64,000 bases of DNA, taken from NCBI RefSeq assembly GCF_006345805.1, contig NC_042998.1, positions 70,680,001 through 70,744,000 of the forward strand. Direction: 5' to 3'. The DNA comes from Octopus sinensis (taxonomy: Eukaryota). The position numbers and the translations under genes were made by a program. The notes beneath the pieces were generated by a model, which was not told the DNA's origin, did not search any database, and saw nothing but the letters and a program-made list of their open reading frames with translations. Positions 53,683-64,000 of this stretch are shown here, piece by piece (the first letter of the stretch is position 1; every line of letters begins with the position of its first letter).

Positions 53683-56600
53683 CAGCAGAGAACTGAAGAG
53701 TCGAGAAATATGATATGATTATTGAACAATAGGGTAAAAGTATACAGTAGAACTTATGATAAAACAATAATATAGATATATCCTGTTGTGAATATACAGA
53801 CCTACTGGGTAGAAGTATACAGCAGAGGACTACAGAATTATAGAATAGAACTTAGTGCAGGCAGGACTGTAGACAATAATAAACAGATTAGAATGCAGTA
53901 TACAGCAATAACATACAAATGTGGAATAGATTTATGTAGGACAGATAGATATATAGTATAACTTTAATGATAAACTTCAAGGTAGAATGATAGGTCTATA
54001 GAGTAGAACTATAGTGTAGAACTACAGTGTAGAACTATAGTGTAAACCATGTTTTATAACTATAGAGCAGAATTAAAGAATGGAATTTTAGGTAGAATTA
54101 CAGGGCAAATGAAACCATGAAGTATTTATACGGGTAAAATTGTAGAAGGAAAATATAGGGGTGAATAATAGGAGATATTTATAGATTATGACCATAGAAT
54201 AGAAATACAGAGAAGTACACAGAACTGCTGAAGTGACAGAGCTGATCTTTAAGTAGAAAAATAAGGAAAACTATTAAAAAAATTCCGAAAGATAAAACAA
54301 GTTTCAAATTGCTTGTAGATTTTTGAAATTACCTATTCTTGCAACTAAATAAATCATTTCTCTTCTGTATCTCTCTCTCTTTTTTTCCAGTATCAGTCTC
54401 TTTATATCTTACTTCTTCTGTCTCTATAATTTTTATACGCAATATTTTATCTCTGCAATTCCCATATTCTCTATATAGTACTCACCTTTATCAAACTACT
54501 TTCTCATCAGTGTCAGTATTAACAAGTTCTCACCTCGATACTCTTACTCTGTCACTTGTCTCTCCCTTCCTTTTAAACGTTTCTATTATTGTTTTCGTCT
54601 CTCTTAAATATTAATATCTATCTCCTCTCTCTTCCCTTCCATCACATTATCCACTTTCTGCCAATCTTCCTTCTTTCCTCTGTCATTACACTACTCACTT
54701 TCTATCTTTCCTTTCTTTGACGCTTTAACATATCATTACTTCCCGCCTCTCATTTAATCCGTCATTATGTCCTCTCCTCTCTCTCTCTCTGTCTATCTCT
54801 ATCTCTGTCTGTCTCTCTCTCTCTCCAATATCCTCTACCACAGTGCCATGCTGTTACTATGTTATCCTCTCTTAATTTCTTCTTATGCCAGACTCTCTCT
54901 CTCTTTCACACTCCCTTTGTTTCTCCCTGTTTCTCTCTTCTATCCTGTCTCTGTCTTCAAATACTATCTCACCTTTCTTATAAACAACTTTTATTAGCAT
55001 TTTTTCCATTTCCTTTTCATTCATTCATTCATTCCTTCGTTAATTCATTCAATCATTCATTCATGCATTCTCGTTCTTTCTTCCTCTCTTTATATAGCAG
55101 CTTCTCTCTCATTACTGTCACGTATTATAGCCTTGCCATTTACTCTCTCTTCTCACACTTTACCTCCCTATATTCATCACTCCACCTTTACCATTATAGT
55201 TTCAGAACTGTCCTTCTCCTACTCCTTTTCTTCATTCTCCTCCGTCTTCTCCTATATTAACAATGGTTCCGGCTTTCCTCCATGTATTACACTCGCATGC
55301 AAGCGTATACAAACATGCATATACGCATGTGTAATTATACGTGCACATACATGCATTCCAATCAATGTACGTTTGCATGAATATATATGCATACACATGC
55401 ACGTATGTGTGAGTGCAAATATATGTATATATATTTATACGCACACATATAGATACTCACATATGTACTTATAATTATATATACACATATATTTATATAT
55501 GTATATATATGTATGTATAATTATATGTAAATATATATATACGTGTGTGTGTGTGTATGCCTATGTGTATATATGCGTATATTACTGCAATCAAAAAAGA
55601 TAAAATTACAACATAGAGTAAAACAAAAGCTTGATATGATGTCAGCCAATTGATGACACAGACACACACATACACACACACACACACATTCGCACACATA
55701 TGCACTCACACACACGAAATCACAAACATACATATTCGCTAATGCACATTCACGAACATGGAATACATGAAATGAAAGGAATGAGAAAGAAAGCAAGAGA
55801 ATGATTTTCATCATTTTGCTGTTGTTGGTTTTAATCTCTTGACATTTGATGTTTCAATTCATTCAGAAAATGTCGGCAGTGATCAAATAATTTTTTTCTA
55901 AAGAAAAACTAACAAAAACTAAATCTATCAAATCTAAAAAATACTAAATCTCTAAGCGGAGCTAACCTAACTACTCCAGCAGTTTCGTATTTTTTTTTGT
56001 CGTTAGCTATTTCATATCAGATTCTTCGTCTTCTTTTAATTAATCTTTACTCTTCTTCCCTTATTCTACTCACGTGTTGTTATCTCAACCCTGTTGATAT
56101 TTGCCTAGCAGGACGACACCCACTTACTTTTCTTGTCTTTTCCTGATGATTTCAATCAATTTACGACAACATCGAGATGCGTTTGTATAGAATCTAGAAC
56201 AATCGAAAAGCAGTATATTTTTTCTCCTTCATTGTAATTCCAAACCTCTACAGAATTGATTGCAGCAAGGATAGTTTTTGTTTCTTCTTCACTTCTTGTG
56301 TTTTGTTTTTAAATCCTACTTATGATAGAAATTTAATTAGCTCCAGAAATATCTTGAAATTTTTTTTAATACCAGAACGCTGGAGAATTTCATTGGAAGC
56401 TTTTGAAAATTTCGGATGAAGAGACAATACGGCAATATTAGAAATAACAATTAGTCTTTTATTACAGCATGAGTTTGAAAAGGTGTTCTGTATTGAAACT
56501 TCCTGGTTCTTACGAGTCTATTTATTAAACTCTTGGAAATTGAAAGGAGGTATCATGTGCACAAATCTGTCGTTAATCTTTCACAGACTATAGTATCAAT

Positions 56601-56802
56601 ACTTCATATCTAATTGCCATATCAAAATCATGGGGAAAAAATCTGTGTAGTTTCATTCATTTAATCAGTGTAGTTTCCAGCTCTAACGAAACTCTTCATG
56701 AGGACACATTTTTCACAGCTACATTGTTATTTTAAAATATATGAATGAAAATTAAAAAATCCAATCGTAGAAGAAATGCATTCTTGAAGATTTTGAAGAT
56801 AC

Positions 56803-58660
56803 AGACATCCGTCGCGTTACGGCACCCGCAGGTTACGGAATTTCCCTCTTACGTAAGTTGTAAAGTATGACTACAAATTTCGGTATACGGTTAATCATTT
56901 CTTCCTCACCGAAACTCAGATAAATTTAATAATTTAAAATCTGCAATTTATTCTTAGGTAAAAGGTTTCTTCTTGGCGTTTTAGCTAATATTAAAGCGTA
57001 GTTAATTTGAAAAACTATAATCACGATATATACTTATACATGCGTATGTGTGTGTATGTATTTTGGGATATTTTCATGAGTCAGAAGGAATAACTATCTA
57101 TCTACCTATCTATCTCTTTACACACACACACACACAGAAAAAACACACACTTATATAGGCAAACATAGACACACAGATGTAGATACCCATATCCACTCAC
57201 GCTCATGCACACAGACGCACACATACAGACGCTCCCCACCACGCCATATGTATGTATATAAGCCAATTTTCACCACTGGATATTAAATTTATGAAGGCTT
57301 GATCAGGAGAAAAGAAATAAGCTAAATTGCTAAAACATTAAAGCTTGTCACACCTACTGTGGGAATACTTCATGACAATAGAAAGAAAATTAAGTTAAGA
57401 GCTAAAGAAGTTACTATGTTAAGTACCAAGACTTTATTTTTTCATAAATCTAATGCAATGCCTAAAAGCGAAAAACTCCTTAAAAAGATAAAAGCCAAGA
57501 TTTTGTATGATAATTTGCAGAAAAAAAGTCGAAACTTCTTAAGAAAGCCTTTTTTGGGCTAGCAAAGGAGGTTTGAAAATTTAAAAAAAGTACTTGAATC
57601 CGTACAGCATAAAAATGAATGGAGAAGCTGCCAGCGTTGATACAAAGGACGCTGCCAGTTACCATGACCAACTGAAAAGAAAAACGATTGCTGAAGCAAG
57701 ATACACAACAAATCAAATATACAATATTGATAAAACTGCACTTTTCTAGAAGCGCGAGTTTGCTAGAACTTATATCGCTCGACAAGAGAAAAAAAAAACA
57801 CCAGGAGATTTAACGCCTGCAAAACTCGTATGACGTTTCTTCTGGAAGAACATGCCGTTGACGATATGGAATTTAAGCGTTTTATCGTGTATCAGTCACA
57901 AAATCCAAATGCTTTCAAGGGTTACTAGAAGTTTAACCGAATTCCGATTTGGCATTCAAATAAGAAGGAACAAATGGCCAAGGTCCTTTTTAAAAGATAA
58001 CATAACTGAGTCATGGAATAAAATGAAACACTCAAATTTGAATGGTGCTTGAAAAATATATAACCAGATTGAATCCATGACCTTTTAAATATTTTCAAAA
58101 GCATAAAAATCTGTATAAAATTCAAAAAGATAACGTGACAATTGCAAATAGTGTGGGACTTGGAGGAGGCATAGAAGATGATGTTATTGAGTTGCTTGTG
58201 TTCTATAGTGAAAATTTATCTTACGCTGAGTTGCTGTTGGATCAAGATGAACCAGAGAACATAGACGAAAATATGGACATTCCACTTTTCCCACTTAAAT
58301 TGAGAGCAAGAAATATTGCTAAGGGTACTTATAAAGGAGAGTCTGCAAGTTTTAGCCGATAACAACCATCATAGTGAATATAGCATAACAATTACAAGAG
58401 AAATTTACAATGAGCTCAGCTCCTACGCTGAGTTGGACAAAGCGATGATGCTCCTTAGCCATAAAATGACTTTAGTTAAATTTTTCAACTCTGAATCAGA
58501 TGTTGATGATGATGAACTATAAGATATAAGATCCTCCCATCCGCTCATCCTCTCTTTAACTCGCATTCCATTCTTTCATTCTGTAGTCAACGTCTTTGGT
58601 GGTAACAGTATACTCAATTACATTATAACGATTCTTATTTATCTCGTAACCTACGTTTCT
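56803..58660 (+). mobile_element. Tigger/pogo-type DNA transposon remnant (CENP-B-like DDE)
   Basis: IKAKILYDNLQKK, ASKG, IKMNGEAASVDTKDAASYHDQLK, YNIDKTALF, RTYIARQEK and EDDVIELL...ENLSYAEL follow Tigger transposase order. Left terminus TA|CAGACATCCGTCGCGTTACGG. Right TIR is unclear. Confidence 0.8.
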
Positions 58661-58686
58661 TCAAAAGCTTTATGTATGTATGTATG

Positions 58687-58720
<34 letters not shown>

Positions 58721-58734
58721 TGTATGTATGTATG

Positions 58735-58766
<32 letters not shown>

Positions 58767-58823
58767 TGTATGTATGTATGTACGTACGTACGTACGTCTG
58801 TCTGTCTGTATGTATGTATGTAT

Positions 58824-61054
58824 TAGTGGTGAAGCGCCATGCCCACAGTGTGTTGCTGCACAGAGAACTGTCTACTGTGCAGCGAAGTCTAGCACTTGCC
58901 CACTATAACTGTAAAATCACTACTACAGCGATCTCTCAGGAAGATGCAGAACACTTGGTGGGAGGATCTTGCTCGTGATGTTCAGGCTGCTGCTGATGCA
59001 AATGACAACAAGAAGCTTTACCATCTTATGAAGCGAGCTTATGGACCTAAGAGCTCCACATCAGCTCCTTTTCTTTCCAAGGAGTCTTCCACTCTGTTTA
59101 CCAAATCAACAGAAATCACAGGTCGCTGGATCGAACACTTCTCTGAACTCCTAAACCATGAGTCAGTTGTGGATGAAACAGTGATTGATACTATGAAACA
59201 AAGACCTATCATTGACTCCTTAGACTCATCGCCATCAATACATGAAGTAATGACATCAATAAGTAAATTGAATCTTGGTATGGCACCTGGAAAGGATGGA
59301 ATTTGTGTTGAGGTCTTGCGATTTGGTGGTAATTGCATCACACAGTCCCTTCATGAACTTATTAGTGCAGTCTGGAGGGATGGTGCAATCCCTAAGGACT
59401 GGAAGGATGCAATTATTCTTCCTCTATATAAAGGAAAAGGAGCCAGAACAATGTGTGGTAACTACAGAGGTATTGCTCTACTATCAGCTGCTGGCAAGGT
59501 TCTGGCAAATATTCTTCTTACCCGTCTGAATGGGTGTCTCGTAAATGATGTCCTATCTGAATCTCAATGTGGCTTCCGATCTGGTAGGGGGACAATGGAT
59601 ATGATTTTCACAGCAAGACAGATGCAGGAGAAGTGCTATGAGCAGAATATGGATCTTGTCCAGGTATTCATTGATTTAACTAAGGCCTTTGATACTGTAA
59701 ATAGGGCCTTTCTATGGAAAATACTTGGCAAACTTGGATGCCCGGATCACTTTGTATCTATAATTAAATCATTTCATGATGGGATGGAGGCTTGGGTCAA
59801 TGTTGGTGGTGCCATGGCGGGACCCATTCCTGTAGAGAATGGTGTTAAGCAGGGTGACATCCTTGCCCCAACTCTCTTTTCTTTGTACTTTGCTGCCACT
59901 TTTACTCATGCTTTTGCTAAGGTTAGCTCTCTGGGAATATATGTCAGATATCGATCTTCTGGCCGCCTCTTTAATCTTCGCCGATTTGCTGCCAATTCAA
60001 AGGTTTCCCAGTCTATTATTCGTGACCTCCTTTATGCAGATGACTATGACTTAGTCACTCATACAGTGGATGACATGCAAATACTCATGAATTGCATTTC
60101 TGCTTCTTGCAGGGCATTTGGACTCAGCATTAGCCTGGACAAGACTGATGTAATGTTCCAGCCTGCACCAGGAAATCCATATATAGAACCAGCTATCTTG
60201 GTTGAAGGAACAATTATGAAGGTAGTAGACAAGTTTGTCTACCTAGGCAGCACACTCAGCCGTTCTTGCTCCCTGGATGAGGGAAATATCTTTCAGGTTG
60301 CAGAGAGCAACAAATTCCTTCTGGTCTTTTCAGTCTCGTGTCTGGTCCCAACATGGCATCTCAAGGAGAACAAAAGTTGCTGTGTACCGTGCTTGTGTAC
60401 TGACAGTGCTTCTCTACTCATGTAAGACATGGACTCTGTACAAACGTCAGGTAAGGGTCCTTGAACGTTTTCATCAGAGATGTCTCAGACACATTCTCAA
60501 TGTTGGCTGGACCTCAAAAATTCCAGACACACAGATGCTGAGGACAGCTGATATCTTGAGTATTGAGGCGATGGTACACAAGCACCGGTTGCGTTGGACT
60601 GGACACCTTATTAGAATGGAGGATAGAAGGATTCCTAAGCAGATGCTCTATGGAGAACTTGTGAATGGAAGGAGACTCCGGCAGAAACCAAGGCTGCGAT
60701 TTAAGGACTGTGTTAAGTCCTCGTTAAAGGCCTTTGATATGCAGGACACTGACTGGGAGAACAATGCCTATCATCGCCACAGATGGAGGAAGCAGGTTAA
60801 GGAGGGGATCGACACTTTTGAGAGAGCACGTATCCAGCATGAAGAACTTAGGCGAGCTGTACGAAAGCGCACGGCTCGTATAGTGAATGGGGAAAGCTTG
60901 GTCTGCAATGTTTGCAGTCGTGTGTGCTTGTCAAGAGCAGGGCTCATTAGCCACCAACGGAGCCGCAAATGCAAAATATAAGTTAGTCCTAGAGCGCACA
61001 ATGTTCCTGAAGGTCGGCAATGGTCTTCCTCAGTCACGAGTGGACGGCCATCAT
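58824..61054 (+). mobile_element. RTE-clade LINE, 5'-truncated, inserted in a (TATG)n microsatellite
   Basis: Long RT ORF plus C-terminal domain, a short 3'UTR ending GGACGGCCATCAT, and (TATG)n on both sides. The APE endonuclease domain is absent. Confidence 0.95.
58896..60981 (+). pseudogene. RTE reverse transcriptase ORF with a frameshift near 60285
   Basis: NYRGIALLSAAGKVLA, SESQCGFRSGRGTMDMIF, FIDLTKAFDTV, GVKQGDILAPTLF and LLYADD, continuing in the 60277-60981 frame (ISFRLQRATNSF...LRWTGHLIRM...CNVCSRVCLSRAGLISHQR). Confidence 0.93.
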
Positions 61055-61147
61055 GTATGTATGTATGTACGTACGTACGTATGTATGTATGTATGTATGT
61101 ATGTATGTATGTATGTATGTATGTATGTATGTATGTATGTATGTATG

Positions 61148-61195
<48 letters not shown>

Positions 61196-61770
61196 GTACT
61201 GTTTATGTTTAGAAAATGCTATTCCAATCCATGGGGCTTGTATTTGTTGTTCATGTTTTTTTCTTTTTTATTCGAAAAAATTTATAACACAAAATGTGAA
61301 AATATATTTCAGGTTACGTCAAGTTTTTCAGCAAAAAGCACTACGTCTGTAACGCGCGATATTCTTGTATTCCATATATATGTAGTCAAAACGGTTCATT
61401 ACATACTCGCCTCAGAGCTCGCTTCTTGTAATATTCTTGTAAAAAGCAAGTATTGATGTCAGTTGGTCATGTACGACCGTCTATGAATAAAATTTGATTA
61501 CGAGTAAAAAAATATACTGGAGAGCAAGGGAAATAAAAACACGAAGTAAAGCAAATTTTACAGACTAACGAATGGGGGAAATTTTTGTTTTACATTGCAT
61601 ATATTTGGATATAGCTAGACATCATTCTTCAGTAGCCATTGACGTGGCAAATAATGCAGTTTGGAGAATGTTTTTGGTATGGAGTTAATGCTGTAACGCT
61701 TTCTCGATTTTCTGTGCGAGTGTTTTTCTCTGTCTCTCTCTGTCTCTTCATACATACTACATACATACAT

Positions 61771-61826
<56 letters not shown>

Positions 61827-61851
61827 TATATATATATATATATTATATATA

Positions 61852-61895
<44 letters not shown>

Positions 61896-62469
61896 GCGTA
61901 TATTCAAAGATGAAATTGAATTACACCAAGTAAGCTCGAGGAAGCGCAATGTATAAATATAAATACTCATATACACATCAAAATATGATTTGCCAGCAGT
62001 ACAAGGATATTTAATTATAGTTGTACTGTTGTCTGATCTTATTTCAATATCTTTATATATTCTCGCGTAAATCAGTGTTGAAACTTAAGGAGCGTAATTT
62101 TCAACTAAAAATATATATATCGTTTTTCTACCTATTCAATAATATTTTTTCTGTTTGTATGTACAAACGCTCTGTAATCTCCTGTAACATTATATAAAGG
62201 TACGTTGCAGGTACGTTTATGATGTAGATTATTTTAAGTAGTACTGTTGTTTAGAGGAAGAGTTACTGTACACTTTTGGCAGATCACCTCTGTTCTATGT
62301 CAATAAAAATGTTATGATCTATGTTTACGGATGAAACAGTTATTCGTAATTGTGCATTACATTCAGTTGGATCCTCGTATACGGATATATCTACCTTTTC
62401 CCGTATACATACATATTAATAATGGATTTTGCAACTTCTTGGCCAAAATTTTTGTGTTGTACATAAGCG

Positions 62470-62610
62470 CCCACCCTCTGTCAAATTGAAATTGCCCATA
62501 TAGCTGCACGGAATAGTACATATTAGTTGACCAAGTGATCGCAGAGCAACGTGAAATAGTGTTTTGTTCAGGAACAAAAGGATCTAACCACGAAGGCATG
62601 CCCTCACTCA
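62470..62610 (-). mobile_element. Old SINE fragment related to SINE-C
   Basis: GAGCAACGTGAAATAGTGTTTTGTTCAGGAACA is shared with 30985 and 53565. Confidence 0.55.
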
Positions 62611-63737
62611 CACATGAATGCATACATACATACATACATACATACATACATACATGCATACATACATGCATACATACATATATAAATACATGCATGCTTA
62701 CTTACATGTACACATACATGCACATAATGCTTACATACGTACATGCATACATACATGCATATATATGCACTACGTTCAAGCATACATAAATATACATGTG
62801 TGTGTGTGTGTGTGTACGTGTGTGTATGAGTGCGTGCGTGTATGTGCGTGTTTGTGATTGTATGCATTGCAAAATAATTAAATACATCAGCTCCAGGTTT
62901 TCAGAAGACAGTGAACAGATTTAAGAAATGTAATTAACTTTAAAACTGCCATTGACCTTCCTAATCTCAGCAAAATTCGCTAACTGCCAATTTTCTCCGA
63001 GCACCCACTGATGTATTCAATACGAGCCAACTAATGTTTGAAAGAATGGGAATTAAATATCACTGAATGAATCAAGTACTAAATCAGCACAAAACACCCC
63101 CAGAAACTACTTCACTACAACATCTATACACACATGCCATCGAGGGAGCCAATATTTTGTCATTCAACCAACCAGAATAAGCAGAAGATTTTCACTCAGT
63201 CAACATACTAACACCTTAAAAATACACGTGTTAGATAACGTAGTCTTGAAATAGTGTTAAATCAAGAACTCTTTTGATTGAATTGTACACCGCTTGAAAA
63301 AATGTTAAAAATACGCGTATAAATATATAAGTAATACATCCATTCATTGCCATATAAAATCAAATATTCTCAGACAGGTAATCAGCCCCAATACCTCACC
63401 TTCTCTTCATTTAATTACTCTTTGCTTAATCTAATTATTTAAGTCTTTAAACTCCCTGGATTTTACCGTTGCCAAACGTCATTTCTTTCTGCGAATCCTT
63501 CGACATAACATTAAAATAAAATTTCCATAGCAACAACTCTCTAAGAATATAAACTATACAAGGCATGTATGTATGTATGTATGTATGTATGTATGTATGT
63601 ATGTATGTATGTATGTATGTATGTATGTATGTATGTATGTATGTATGTATGTATGCACGTGTCTATGCGTGTGTATTTGGACTCACACACAAGTTAATTT
63701 ATATAGTCACTTTTACACTTTTCCTGTCTTTTCTATC

Positions 63738-63819
<82 letters not shown>

Positions 63820-64000
63820 TTCTTCCTCTCTCCTTTTGTCCTTCCCTGCCTATCCCCCTCTCTCTCTACATTGATACAAATGCATATATACATGTAGATT
63901 CACATATATAATAGTGCTGTAACGTAAGAATCCGATTTCTCGGTCACGTAGCAGAGGCCTTACCATGAACTCTGGCTCTTTTGAATCCCTATTCCTGCTT

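Noticed and set aside
58896-60425. 509-aa ORF as a host gene
   Set aside because: It is the RT of a 5'-truncated RTE LINE, and the ORF's C-terminal tail is out of frame after the frameshift near 60285.

Overview
This is repeat-dense, AT-rich eukaryotic DNA, most likely from an octopus. That assignment is an inference from the remembered look of the tRNA-derived SINE families and the extreme microsatellite load. I found no host protein-coding exon, rRNA, true tRNA gene or CRISPR array, and most ORFs in the track are microsatellite artefacts. The window is a transposon graveyard. It holds about 30 copies of three tRNA-headed SINE families (my working labels SINE-A, -B and -C). Retroelement remnants are RTE-type LINEs (one near-intact 5'-truncated RT copy at 58.8-61.1 kb), two R4/Dong-like RLE LINE fragments and a CR1/L2-like fragment. 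DNA-transposon remnants are a duplicated Helitron Rep, three mariners, a maT-like Tc1/mariner, a Tigger, a MULE fragment and three MITEs. The most interesting signal is a Penelope-like GIY-YIG retroelement at 35.6-36.8 kb whose terminal repeat consists of a tRNA-derived Pol III head (A and B boxes), a (TAA)n linker and a minimal hammerhead ribozyme. The same module also occurs alone, starting at the tRNA head, at 27.5-28.6 kb, where a Dong-like LINE has inserted into its (TAA)n linker. A second, non-coding element with Penelope-like architecture (inverted piece, direct repeats, TSD) lies at 32.6-33.6 kb. All family assignments come from by-eye translation and recalled motifs, not from database searches.
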